Origin: a virus
Lineage: Duplodnaviria > Caudoviricetes
Length of the DNA stretch: 64,000 bases
IMG/VR virus record: IMGVR_UViG_3300033487_000003
Span: 1-64,000 of that record
Strand: one strand, 5' to 3'
Made by a program: the position numbers and the translations under genes. The notes beneath the pieces are model-generated. The model was not told where the DNA came from. It worked only from the letters and a program-made list of their open reading frames with translations, and did no database searches. Below are positions 26,743 to 36,190 of this stretch, piece by piece (position 1 is the stretch's first letter; each line of letters opens with the position of its first letter).

Positions 26743-27338
26743 TGACCGCAGCCATGGAGGGCGAACCCAAACACGATGCGGAAGATGCCCTATACCGCAA
26801 TCTCCTTCACTTCATGGGACTAACCGCTCACGTCGATGACCAAACCGCGACCCGCTACGTCCGAGCGCTACGACAACTCACCTACGGGACGGCGGTCGAT
26901 CCGGAACGACACCTCCAGGTGACCTTTCCCCCGGTCACAACCACCGCCGTCCTCGTGACCGTCGCGGACGTACCCTATGTCTCGATGTGTGCCCATCACA
27001 TGCTGCCCTTTTGGGGTACCGCGACGATCGCCTACCTACCCAGACCAGGAGCGAAGATCGTCGGACTGTCAAAAATCAGTAGATGCTTCCGAGAGCTGGC
27101 GGCACGTCCTCAGGTGCAAGAGCAGCTGGGTCAGCAGATGAGCGACGCGATTGCCAGGAATTTGGACGTCGATGGCGTGGCCGTTGCGATCTGTGGAACC
27201 CACACCTGTATGGCGCTACGGGGTGCCACCACGGGAATCGGAGCACGGATGGTGACGACGAGCAGTTCTGGTGAGCTGGAACGAGAGCCCTGGCTGGGAC
27301 AGTTCCGCAGCATCGCGGATACCGTACTCAGAGGGTAG
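26742..27338 (+). CDS. folE: GTP cyclohydrolase I FolE
   Basis: SMCAHHMLPF, GLSKI.R, RPQVQE.L and HTCM..RG motifs. Confidence 0.92.
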   Translation: MTAAMEGEPKHDAEDALYRNLLHFMGLTAHVDDQTATRYVRALRQLTYGTAVDPERHLQVTFPPVTTTAVLVTVADVPYVSMCAHHMLPFWGTATIAYLPRPGAKIVGLSKISRCFRELAARPQVQEQLGQQMSDAIARNLDVDGVAVAICGTHTCMALRGATTGIGARMVTTSSSGELEREPWLGQFRSIADTVLRG

Positions 27339-27342
27339 ATGT

Positions 27343-27368
27343 CGGGGGGCTCTGATAAGAGCCCCCCG
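27343..27368. terminator. hairpin between convergent genes
   Basis: CGGGGGGCTCT/AGAGCCCCCCG. Confidence 0.6.
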
Positions 27369-27369
27369 G

Positions 27370-27753
27370 TCAGAGAAGTTCGAGCAGCGTAGTTCCGGAA
27401 ATTCCCGTGTCCTTCTTACGGCGAGATCGCCGTGGTTTGAACGCCTTGTTCACCAGGTTCCGACACCACAGCAGATGTTCGGATCGTTCGTTGCGGGCAC
27501 CGGGATCAGTAGTCTCGGCCAGCTGATCAGACCGGTAGGTCCTGCGTCTGGCCAGATAGAGCAGGTGTGAGATGCCGGTCTTGACGATGATGTTCTTCGT
27601 GGCGTCGCGGATCTCACGGATGCCGGGCTCTCGGTCGAATCCGAAGTCGATCTCACCGAGAATCGCTACCAGGTCGCGGGGATCGAGTTCGAACTCGACC
27701 TTGATCTTTATTGGTCGGTCGCTACCAGTGACAGTGGGTTCTACGGTTTCCAT
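27370..27753 (-). CDS. hypothetical protein (leaderless)
   Basis: TAGTGT + 6 nt + ATG on the minus strand. Confidence 0.6.
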   Translation of the reverse strand: METVEPTVTGSDRPIKIKVEFELDPRDLVAILGEIDFGFDREPGIREIRDATKNIIVKTGISHLLYLARRRTYRSDQLAETTDPGARNERSEHLLWCRNLVNKAFKPRRSRRKKDTGISGTTLLELL

Positions 27754-27826
27754 ACCACAACACTACCAGTACCCATAATATTAGTCTACGGGGGGAAGTA
27801 GTAGGCGGAATAAATATCATCCGATC
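27754..27826. promoter_or_regulatory. divergent leaderless promoters (27753 gene and terminase)
   Basis: minus: CCCCCCG-TAGACT-17-TAGTGT; plus: TATCAT + 6 nt + ATG 27827. Confidence 0.55.
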
Positions 27827-29545
27827 ATGACAACGTCCCAGCTACGAGAACCCTGGACGATGGCAGACGCCGAACTACTCGCCGAAGCAAGGGAACTTCA
27901 GCGCCAAGACGACCAGGACGCTGCCCACGATCCCGCCAAACTCCTACACCACCTCACCCCAACCACCTACCGCTACCGCACCCACCTGAAAGTCATCTCG
28001 TCCGCCCTGGTCGACGTCCGTCAGCAGCACGACGCGCGCACCAGCGTTCACGGACCCCGACTACTCATCGAAGAACCACCACAAACCGGAAAAACCGTTA
28101 CCGCCGTGGTCGGAGCGGCCTTCTGGTGGCTCATCCACCACCCCACCCACCGAATCGTCATCGGCTCACACGGCGACGCCCTCGCCGTCGACCGGGGCAG
28201 CGACATCAAAAAACTCGTCGAGGAACACGGCGACCGCTACGGACTCAAACTTGCCAGGGGCTCCACCAGCAAACAAGACTGGCGACTGGCAACCAGAGGC
28301 GGCGTCAAGAGCGTTGGTGTCGGTACCGGCATCGCAGGATGGCCAGCTGACGTCGTATTCGTGGACGACCCGCACAAAAGCAGACAGGAGGCTGACAGCA
28401 TCGTCAGCCGCGAGCGAGTCTGGAAGTGGTTCAGCGCGGACATCACGTCACGACTGGCACCAGGAGCCCCGGTCATCCTGATCATGACTCCCTGGCATCC
28501 CGACGACCTCGCCGCACGGCTCATATCAGAACAGGGCCGAATCGAAGAAAGCGGCAGGTGGCGGGTCCTACGCATGCCAGCCTTCTGCGACGATCCGAAA
28601 CGTGACCCCCTCGGCCGCAAATTCGGTGACCCCCTGCCACACCCCTTGATCCACCCCCGCGACACCAAATCACTCATCGACCACTGGAACGGACGCCGCG
28701 CGGCCTCGACCGTGCAGGACTGGCACAGCCTGTACATGTGCGACCCGAAACCCGAAGAAGGCGCCCTACTCCAACGCGCGCTTCTTCGCGAACGCCGCTG
28801 CTACATGACCAGCTCACCCAGTCACCCATGCGACCAGAAACCGACGAAAGCCGCCGTGGCGGTCGACCCATCTGGTGGTGGCCGAGACACCGCCGGGATC
28901 GTCGGTGGTTACCTTGGTTCCGACAAACGCCTCTATATCAGCCACGATTACACCGGCGTCATGCCCTCGGACCAATGGGCCAGAAGAGCATGCGAAATGG
29001 CCGTGCTGATCGATGCCGACCATGTGGTGATCGAAAACAACTTCGGTGGCGACATGGGTAGGTTGGCGATCCGCAGTGCGTGGGACGTCCTGATCCGAGA
29101 GGTCATGGAGCGCTACCAGAAGGCCAGAGACGAGGTAGGCCGCGACCGAACTCTTTCACCAGACACCCGACGCGCGGCCCTGGCCGAACTGGATGCCACG
29201 GTGCGCGCCTACCGGAGATTGTGTCCGAGGATCTCAACGGTCCGCGCCCGAAAGAACAAGCGGCTACGCGCAGAGCCGATCGCCCAGCAATGGACCGAAG
29301 ACCGCATCAGAACCGCCACATACCTACCCGAACTGGAAGATGAGTGGGCAACATGGCAACCAGACCTCCGCGACTCACCAGGTCGAATCGACGCGAGCGT
29401 GTACCTCGCCTACGACCTATTACCAATACCAGGAATGGGATCCGGTACGGTCCGCAAGGAACCAACCGGAAACCTACCCACCTCGGGTATGTCCCCGTTG
29501 GGTGGATCGAGTGGGGGAGTGTCGAGCCTCGGCCCACTCGGATGA
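27827..29545 (+). CDS. terL: terminase large subunit
   Basis: Walker A PPQTGKT, Walker B VFVDDP, MTPWH.DDL, RNase H-like VAVDPSGG, IENNFGG and SPGRIDA. Confidence 0.92.
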   Translation: MTTSQLREPWTMADAELLAEARELQRQDDQDAAHDPAKLLHHLTPTTYRYRTHLKVISSALVDVRQQHDARTSVHGPRLLIEEPPQTGKTVTAVVGAAFWWLIHHPTHRIVIGSHGDALAVDRGSDIKKLVEEHGDRYGLKLARGSTSKQDWRLATRGGVKSVGVGTGIAGWPADVVFVDDPHKSRQEADSIVSRERVWKWFSADITSRLAPGAPVILIMTPWHPDDLAARLISEQGRIEESGRWRVLRMPAFCDDPKRDPLGRKFGDPLPHPLIHPRDTKSLIDHWNGRRAASTVQDWHSLYMCDPKPEEGALLQRALLRERRCYMTSSPSHPCDQKPTKAAVAVDPSGGGRDTAGIVGGYLGSDKRLYISHDYTGVMPSDQWARRACEMAVLIDADHVVIENNFGGDMGRLAIRSAWDVLIREVMERYQKARDEVGRDRTLSPDTRRAALAELDATVRAYRRLCPRISTVRARKNKRLRAEPIAQQWTEDRIRTATYLPELEDEWATWQPDLRDSPGRIDASVYLAYDLLPIPGMGSGTVRKEPTGNLPTSGMSPLGGSSGGVSSLGPLG

Positions 29546-29587
29546 CGTCCTCCATATCATGATCTATTTGGATTGGTCTGGTGCTTG

Positions 29588-29911
29588 ATGGTCGATGACA
29601 GTATCGTGACGTGGTTACATATCCAACTCGACGCGGACGAGACCTCTGCCCGGGGACTCTCCGAGCAGACACGGAAAATCAAACCCGATGTAGTACGGAT
29701 GGCTACTGGAGTCCTCGCGGACATCGAAGCCAAGCGGGCAATTCTGGACGCACATGAAAATGCCCGTAGTACCTATCACCGTCGCTATCGGCGTGGGGTC
29801 GGAACGGCCACAGAACGCGCGACAATCTATGCGCTAGACCACGTGGTGTGCCTGTTGGCTAACACGTACGCTGACCGCCCCGGGTTCCGCGAGGAGTGGA
29901 GGTCGCGTTGA
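29588..29911 (+). CDS. DUF6221-like protein
   Basis: WL..QLD.DE..A...VLADIEAKRAIL...LLA..YADRPGFREEWR; paralogue of 63545-63961. Confidence 0.7.
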   Translation: MVDDSIVTWLHIQLDADETSARGLSEQTRKIKPDVVRMATGVLADIEAKRAILDAHENARSTYHRRYRRGVGTATERATIYALDHVVCLLANTYADRPGFREEWRSR

Positions 29912-30090
29912 GCGCCGCGCCGACCCCGTCGCTGATGAGCCGTAGCACGGTGGTACTCGGTGGCTTGGGGACGCTGACCGCCCTGGTTGGGCTACTCGCT
30001 GCGGCGGTCGGCGCCCCACGCCTTGTCGCTGCTGTCGGGGGAGTGCTGGCGATCAGCTGTGCTCTGGTGGCTTCTGGTCGTAGGTGTTGA
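29908..30090 (+). CDS. small two-TM membrane protein
   Basis: TTG start overlapping the upstream stop, GGAGG SD; hydrophobic. Confidence 0.4.
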   Translation: MSAAPTPSLMSRSTVVLGGLGTLTALVGLLAAAVGAPRLVAAVGGVLAISCALVASGRRC

Positions 30091-30367
30091 TGGGTTCTAC
30101 GTCTACACCCATGAGGTGAGCCCGTATGATCCAGCCCACGATCACCTGTACTGTCGAGCGATTCATGACGCGACTAAGATCGATAATTGTTGTTTCTTCC
30201 AGTGATGACAGTCGTAACACTCCCGCCATCATGAGTGCTTCACGGAGAACTATGACGCCCTTGCTCGCGTCGTCTCCGGGTATTCCGTACGTCGAGGCGT
30301 CGAACTGGGATTCAGCGTCCTCGCGTGAGACGTACGGTCCGTTGTTTCGGATCGGAGAGGGTTCCAT
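30053..30367 (-). CDS. hypothetical protein (leaderless)
   Basis: TAGTTT + 5 nt + ATG; L..AL..AGV...V..I.GW..RA pattern. Confidence 0.6.
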   Translation of the reverse strand: MEPSPIRNNGPYVSREDAESQFDASTYGIPGDDASKGVIVLREALMMAGVLRLSSLEETTIIDLSRVMNRSTVQVIVGWIIRAHLMGVDVEPINTYDQKPPEHS

Positions 30368-30420
30368 ACCACAAACTACCACCCACCCCGTTACGTGTTA
30401 CTACGGGGTAGAGCAAAATA
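30368..30420. promoter_or_regulatory. variant palindromic promoter region
   Basis: ACCCCGT...ACGGGGT inverted repeat adjacent to the minus-strand -10. Confidence 0.55.
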
Positions 30421-30619
30421 TGGTGGCTGGTAAACCACCATGGCAGCCAAGAAACCGCGTACCATAGCTCATGACGCGAGCGTACGAACGCTCACGTACC
30501 TTTGTGATCTACAGAACGTGTGGACGGACGGACAACGACGCCCTCTCCCCGGAGAGGGCGTCGCCGTATCTACCCACCGAGATCGTGTGACTTTCACCAG
30601 CTCCCTTTATGATCACTAC

Positions 30620-30949
30620 ATGCCGTCTGTGCTGGTACTCCTGATCTACGCCCTCGCGGTAGCCCGCCTAACGACCATCATCACCACAGACGAGATCAGT
30701 CGACCTGTCCGCCAAGCGCTGGTTCGTCGATTCGACCCGACCAAACGGCTGCATCGTTGGATCGTCTACCTACTCGGCGACGCCGAGGATGGCACCGCCA
30801 GCGGCTGCCCCTGGTGCGTGTCCATCTGGATCGGACTACTGTCCGCGCCGCTGGTATGGGCGGCCCCCACGAGTCCATGTCTGCTCGTACCGCTCATGGG
30901 GCTTGCCGCATCGCAGGTCACGGGAATGATATTCAGGATCGGCAGGTAG
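30620..30949 (+). CDS. DUF1360-like membrane protein
   Basis: ALAVARLT.I.T.D.I...CPWC.S.W motif; TATGAT + 6 nt + ATG. Confidence 0.75.
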   Translation: MPSVLVLLIYALAVARLTTIITTDEISRPVRQALVRRFDPTKRLHRWIVYLLGDAEDGTASGCPWCVSIWIGLLSAPLVWAAPTSPCLLVPLMGLAASQVTGMIFRIGR

Positions 30950-30953
30950 TGAG

Positions 30954-33011
30954 ATGGTCGGTATCCCCCGGCAACGCAAGCCGGCCGCCAAAGACCAGAA
31001 ACCCACCATCGAACAAGACCCCGCAATCGCTGACGCAAACCGCCGCGCACGGGCGATTGACCATGCCGAGCAGCTGGCCTACGTCGAAGAGCAACGCCGT
31101 AAGCAGCTGGAAGACGAACTTACCCATCCCGCACCAATAGACCCGGAGATTCGTCACGTTGCCCTGAAAGCCGCCGCGACCCGAACCCACACCATCACAG
31201 CGGCGGTTAGCCGGGTAGAACTCGACGGCGTCAGCTGGAAAAGCTACCGATTCGGTGACCGTGCCTGGCAGGCTGACGCGTGGCGACTGTACGACATAAC
31301 CGGACAACTCAGATTCGTGTCGAACTGGGCCGGGAACTGCCTCTCCCGCTGCATCCTACGCGTCCACGAGGTCGACGAGCAAGGAAACATTGGTGCGGCG
31401 GTCGAGAATCCGGAGATCGCACAGCTCGGATCCGGCCCACTAGGGGTAGGTGACTCCCGCGCGGAATCACTCCGACTGTGCGGCATTGACCTGTTCGTGT
31501 CCGGTGAGGCATTCCTGATCGCCGAGGCCGAGGGTAGCCCAGACGGCTCTGATCTCTGGTGGGTAGTGACCGCCAGACAGATCAAGCGGAATGGCGACGT
31601 CATCACCATTCCCCGCTCACCCCTCCACGGTGGTGGAATATTCACCTACCGTGATGGTATTGATCTGATCCTACGATGCTGGACCCCTCACCCCAACGAC
31701 ACCAACGAACCAGATTCCTCAACCAGATCCGCGATTCCGGACCTACGGAAAATGGAAGCCATCCGCAAGAGAGAATTCGCGGAACTCGACTCCCGTCTGA
31801 TCGGCGCCGGAGTCATGTTCGTCCCAGACAGCATGGACCTTCCCCGGGGAGAAGACGACCCACAGGGACCTGAAGGATTCTCCGCGCTCCTGATGCGCAC
31901 CATGGCAGCATCGTTGCGCGATCGGTCCTCGTCCGCCGCCATGGTGCCGATCATCGTGCAGGGCAACGCCACCGACATCGACAGGGTCAAGCATCTAACA
32001 TTCTGGTCGCCGATGTCGGAACAGCTGTCCGGCATGTGGCAGAACACCCTGATCAGCCTGGCCGAAGATCTCGACGTCCCACCCGAGGTCATGACCGGAC
32101 TCGGCGGGTCGAATCATTGGAGTGCCTGGGCGGTCAGTGACGCTGCGGTCACCGAACAGATCAAGCCATTGGCGTCCCGGATAGCCTCCGCCCTGACCAT
32201 CGGCTACCTCTGGCCAGCGTTGGAAAGCCTCGGCGTCGAAGACGTCACCCAGTTTGCCTACCAGTTCGACACGGCACTGCTGACGGTCCGACCGAACCGA
32301 TCCAGCGATGCGATGACCTACCACACCGCTGGTTTGATCTCCGACGAAACCGCGCGTACCGCCGGAGCGTGGGGAGACGACGATGCCCCATCCGAAGAGG
32401 AACGCGCACGACGTATCGCCGAGCAACTTCTCCTGTCCGCACCACAGATCGCCCTCGCCGACCCCGGTATCCGTCAGCTCCTTTCCCTCCCGGAAATAGG
32501 TGCGGTACCAGCGAACACAGACCAGGGACCGACCGGAGAGCAGCCAGCGCTCGAACCCGGTAACGAGGAGAACGGGCCACCAGACACGCAACCCCAGGGG
32601 ACCGACGGCCGCCCCGACGACCAGCAATCCCCACCACCACCAGTAGCAGCGATCGACCTCCATGGCTTGGACGTCGCACTTACCCTCATGGCACGTAGGG
32701 CTATGACCCTCGCCGGACAGCGTCTGGTACCACACACCCAGCGCTCCCGGTATGGCAAGGTTCCTGGATACCAGCTTTCCGCCAAACACGGCGCCGTACT
32801 CGCCGATCAGGTGTCCACCCTGCTCGCTAAAGCCTGGACTGACCTTGACATGGTCGCCCTACGGTACCGACTGGACACCACAGCACTGACAGAGCTCATG
32901 GACGGGTTCTGCCGGGAACTACTGATCCGAGGTATCGCCTATGGAGACGACCTCCTGAAGGACCTACTGTCCTCTCCAAACGTCATCCGGAGGTTGACGA
33001 ACCATGTCTGA
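30954..33011 (+). CDS. portal protein (cluster-B-like)
   Basis: AWRLYD..GQLRF..NW....SRC, PDSS.RSA, RL.GAG..F.P, NHWSAW..; position between TerL and MuF. Confidence 0.88.
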   Translation: MVGIPRQRKPAAKDQKPTIEQDPAIADANRRARAIDHAEQLAYVEEQRRKQLEDELTHPAPIDPEIRHVALKAAATRTHTITAAVSRVELDGVSWKSYRFGDRAWQADAWRLYDITGQLRFVSNWAGNCLSRCILRVHEVDEQGNIGAAVENPEIAQLGSGPLGVGDSRAESLRLCGIDLFVSGEAFLIAEAEGSPDGSDLWWVVTARQIKRNGDVITIPRSPLHGGGIFTYRDGIDLILRCWTPHPNDTNEPDSSTRSAIPDLRKMEAIRKREFAELDSRLIGAGVMFVPDSMDLPRGEDDPQGPEGFSALLMRTMAASLRDRSSSAAMVPIIVQGNATDIDRVKHLTFWSPMSEQLSGMWQNTLISLAEDLDVPPEVMTGLGGSNHWSAWAVSDAAVTEQIKPLASRIASALTIGYLWPALESLGVEDVTQFAYQFDTALLTVRPNRSSDAMTYHTAGLISDETARTAGAWGDDDAPSEEERARRIAEQLLLSAPQIALADPGIRQLLSLPEIGAVPANTDQGPTGEQPALEPGNEENGPPDTQPQGTDGRPDDQQSPPPPVAAIDLHGLDVALTLMARRAMTLAGQRLVPHTQRSRYGKVPGYQLSAKHGAVLADQVSTLLAKAWTDLDMVALRYRLDTTALTELMDGFCRELLIRGIAYGDDLLKDLLSSPNVIRRLTNHV

Positions 33012-33267
33012 CAAACCAAAGATCGACGCGCTAGAAGCAGCCCAGTCGTCACCAAACGCCATGGTCAATGCTCGGGGCGACGTATTCTACCCAGACGACG
33101 GAACAGAAGCAGCATGGTTCGCCATCGAACACGGAGCACGTCCCCTGTCTCCTGACCGGTTCCCATTCACTCCAGATCCGTTGACGGTCAAATATCTCTG
33201 GCCAGCGTTGAAAAGCCTCGACGTCGATGACGCCACCCAATATCGCCTCGAATGGGAACAGCAGTGA
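33004..33267 (+). CDS. small hypothetical protein containing a portal-derived segment
   Basis: overlaps both neighbours; YLWPALKSLDVDDATQY matches portal YLWPALESLGVEDVTQF. Confidence 0.55.
   Translation: MSDKPKIDALEAAQSSPNAMVNARGDVFYPDDGTEAAWFAIEHGARPLSPDRFPFTPDPLTVKYLWPALKSLDVDDATQYRLEWEQQ
33196..33239 (+). repeat. 44-bp copy of portal sequence 32208-32251
   Basis: 40/44 identical. Confidence 0.85.
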
Positions 33268-34076
33268 CCGAACCGTGGACCGGAGAAGGTACTGACCCGT
33301 GGCTTCCTGACCGGATCGGATTCGCCGAACAGGCCGCCGCCGCTGAGATGGCGGTACGTAAGCAGATATGGGCCGAACTGTCCGGCTGGCTGGTCGACGT
33401 GTCCCGCGTGGTTCTTGCCACGGCGCGTCCCGATCCGGTCGCAGTGTTCTCTCAGCAGCCGGCCTGGTCAGCTGCTGTGAACCGGATCGTGTCGGACACG
33501 ATCACCGACACGATCGGTACCGCGTACAAGACGATGCTCGGCGATGATTATCGGTTCGAGTCGCGGCCGATGGTCGTTGATCACCTCGCTCAGGTCACCA
33601 ACCGCATGGTCCGTACCCCGGATCAGGTCTTCGATCTGGTGGCGTCCGAGGTCGCCAGGGGTGCTGAGCTGGGCGAGTCGATTCCGAAGATCGCCAATCG
33701 AATCGAGGATGTGCTTGACGTGACGCGCACGGAGCGTTGGGCTAACCGGGCGACCGTGGTAGCTCGTACGGAGACGATGGGCGCGCTGAACGCAGGTCGT
33801 ACCGGGGCGTTCGCGGCGGTTGCCGAGGAGACCGGCGACGAGTTCGAACAGGTGTGGTTGGCGACGATCGACCGCCGCACCAGGTCCACGCACAAGACAG
33901 CAGATGGGCAACGGGTTCCGGTTGGGCAGCCGTTCATGGTTGGTGGCGCGTCTCTGAGGTATCCGGGTGATCCTCTCGGACCGGCCAAAGAGATCATTCA
34001 ATGCCGATGCTCGTCTTTGCTTGTGGAGCCTGGCGAAACGCTGGACCTGTCGAATCGTCAGTTTCGGACGGGGTGA
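33264..34076 (+). CDS. phage minor head protein (MuF-like)
   Basis: RA..VARTE, WLAT.D.RTR..H..ADGQ, YPGDP.GP..E.IQCRC. Confidence 0.85.
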   Translation: MTEPWTGEGTDPWLPDRIGFAEQAAAAEMAVRKQIWAELSGWLVDVSRVVLATARPDPVAVFSQQPAWSAAVNRIVSDTITDTIGTAYKTMLGDDYRFESRPMVVDHLAQVTNRMVRTPDQVFDLVASEVARGAELGESIPKIANRIEDVLDVTRTERWANRATVVARTETMGALNAGRTGAFAAVAEETGDEFEQVWLATIDRRTRSTHKTADGQRVPVGQPFMVGGASLRYPGDPLGPAKEIIQCRCSSLLVEPGETLDLSNRQFRTG

Positions 34077-34080
34077 TCTT

Positions 34081-34299
34081 ATGGACGATCAACAGTGCTG
34101 GTTTTGTGAAGAAAGAAACGTATCCGTCTGGCATGCGGCTTTTTGTTCAGTACGTGAGCTGTTTGGTGGTACTCCGCTGACAACCACCTGGACCGGTAGC
34201 ACGGTTCCAGGGAAAGCCGCGCTGATCATCACCCTCACCACGATCATTACCGGAATGCTCACAGTCATCTACGCAAACATGACCATATGGACAAACTGA
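34081..34299 (+). CDS. small membrane protein with N-terminal CxxC
   Basis: ATG 34081; C-terminal TM. Confidence 0.4.
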   Translation: MDDQQCWFCEERNVSVWHAAFCSVRELFGGTPLTTTWTGSTVPGKAALIITLTTIITGMLTVIYANMTIWTN

Positions 34300-34318
34300 G
34301 CCGAAAGGGGCCAGCATC

Positions 34319-36190
34319 ATGGGCACACGGTGGCGGGGCATGCTCGCCCCACTAGGAATACCAACAGGAGACGGACGCCGGTTTCTCGCCGACGGCATCA
34401 CCTACCGAGAACTCCCCCTTGCGCTGAAATGGCAACGCACCGACGAGGGAGGACACGACACCTCAGTCGTCGTCGGACTGGTCGACACGATCGACGTCCA
34501 AACCGACGCGGCGTGGGGAGAAGGAGAATTCTTCGATGACCTAGACCCAATCGAGTTTGAGCGTCTCCTGAAAGACGTCCGAGAGGCCATGCTCCTTACC
34601 GGCAAGAAGGTCATCGGCCCGTCCGTCGACCCTGGTGCGGTAGAGATGGCCTACGTCAGAACAGGTGATGACACTCCCCTGACCAGTGATGAGCTTGACG
34701 AGCTCTTCTGGGAAGAGATGGAGACCGGAGAACCCACCCAACTGGAACTCCTGTTCACCAAATACGAGATCAGCGCTGCGACCCTGGTCACAACCCCCGC
34801 GTTCGCCGAGTGTCGTCCGTTCGAACTCCTCGAACCAGCCCTGACCGCAGCCATTCGCTCATCAGGATGGGATCAGTTCCCACTGGGCGCGCGGGAAGCC
34901 GAATGGGACGAATCAGAAGCAGAGCGCCGTATCGCCGACGACGCGGGTATCGGGGGAGACAACCCCGACTGGGCCCGGTACGCGGAGGCGTTCCTGTACC
35001 GCGAGGACGACGCCGACCCAGAGCTGAAAGGATCGTACGGGTTCCAGATCATTGACGTAGTCGATGGTGAGCGGGTCATCATGCCCCGAGGAGTGTTCAC
35101 CGTCGCTGGGGTGCTGGAAGGATCGATGGGGGGAACCAACATCCCCGACCAGGATCAGCAGAACATGAAGGAAGTCGTTTCCGGCTTGTACGAGAGGATG
35201 GCCGAGGAGTTCGACGACGACACGATCGTCGTACCGTGGGAAACGTCCGCGTCGTCGTCCGCCGCCCTGGTCGCGTCGTTGACCGCCGCCGCTGCGACGC
35301 GCGTGTACGACCTCGCAGCGTTCGCGCCACCCGAGACCCCAGAGGACGGATTGGTCGGCCTGACCGTCACCGACGACGGTAGGGTGTACGGACACATCGC
35401 CGCCCACGACGTGTGTCACCTCGGCATCCCCGGGGTGTGCATGACCGCCCCGGTCGACCTCGTCGGATTCGACCAGTTCCACCGCTACCCGGTAATGGGC
35501 TCCGACGGGGAGCCGATCGCGGTAGGACGCCTCACCTACGGTGGGGGAAAGTTCGCCCACGCCTGTTCCTGTTGCCGGGGCAGTGACGATCACGCGTGCA
35601 ATGCCCTGTCGATGGGTGGGGCGATCGCCCACCACGACCAGATGACCACCGTGGCGTACGTGCGCGCGTGGGAAGACGCGGCGAACAACGCGATCAGAAT
35701 TTCGGGGGTCCTTGCCGAGGGTGTGACCGCCGATCAGATCAAGGCACTTGCCCGGGGACGGGTATCCGGGGACTGGCGGGCATACGGTACCGATCTGGCC
35801 CTGACAGAGATCCTGGTGCTCTCCCGAGAACGCCCTGGGTTCCCGCTGCCACGGGGTCGGATGGCAAATCAGCGGATGATGGCGCTGACAGCAGCCGGAA
35901 CGATCAGTCCGCGCCGTAAGAGCATGGCCGCTACCGTCCCGGACATCGACTACGAACGGTTGGCTGGGCTGATCGCGGACAGACTGACGTCGGCTGGTCT
36001 GCTCTCCAACGGGGTGGACAACACCACCCGGCAGGATGACGAGCGTCCTGTTGACAGCGCCGATACTGGTCAAACCGGTGAGGTGGAGAACCTGGTCGCC
36101 GAGCTGGGCGTGATCTTCGCAGGACGCGACGAGGTGGAAGCCCGCCGGTTGGCGGGAGAAGTGGAGATGATCACTTATGTGCTGCGGTAA
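34319..36190 (+). CDS. capsid maturation protease-like multidomain protein
   Basis: N-terminal TGDGR.F..LPL.L.WQ..GH..S..VG..SVD..AT.V..PAF; C-terminal GRVYGHIA..CH and SGDWR..GFP domain; position before capsid genes. Confidence 0.75.
   Translation: MGTRWRGMLAPLGIPTGDGRRFLADGITYRELPLALKWQRTDEGGHDTSVVVGLVDTIDVQTDAAWGEGEFFDDLDPIEFERLLKDVREAMLLTGKKVIGPSVDPGAVEMAYVRTGDDTPLTSDELDELFWEEMETGEPTQLELLFTKYEISAATLVTTPAFAECRPFELLEPALTAAIRSSGWDQFPLGAREAEWDESEAERRIADDAGIGGDNPDWARYAEAFLYREDDADPELKGSYGFQIIDVVDGERVIMPRGVFTVAGVLEGSMGGTNIPDQDQQNMKEVVSGLYERMAEEFDDDTIVVPWETSASSSAALVASLTAAAATRVYDLAAFAPPETPEDGLVGLTVTDDGRVYGHIAAHDVCHLGIPGVCMTAPVDLVGFDQFHRYPVMGSDGEPIAVGRLTYGGGKFAHACSCCRGSDDHACNALSMGGAIAHHDQMTTVAYVRAWEDAANNAIRISGVLAEGVTADQIKALARGRVSGDWRAYGTDLALTEILVLSRERPGFPLPRGRMANQRMMALTAAGTISPRRKSMAATVPDIDYERLAGLIADRLTSAGLLSNGVDNTTRQDDERPVDSADTGQTGEVENLVAELGVIFAGRDEVEARRLAGEVEMITYVLR

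Noticed and set aside
29090-29230. Intein in the terminase nuclease domain
   Set aside because: The roughly 40-aa helical insertion lacks the N-terminal C/S, the C-terminal HN and splicing blocks
30440-30619. 60-aa N-terminal extension of the DUF1360-like ORF
   Set aside because: The domain starts at ATG 30620, which is preceded by a canonical TATGAT + 6 nt leaderless signal
32208-33239. Diversity-generating retroelement TR/VR pair
   Set aside because: Only 44 bp, mismatches are not adenine-specific, and there is no reverse transcriptase in the window
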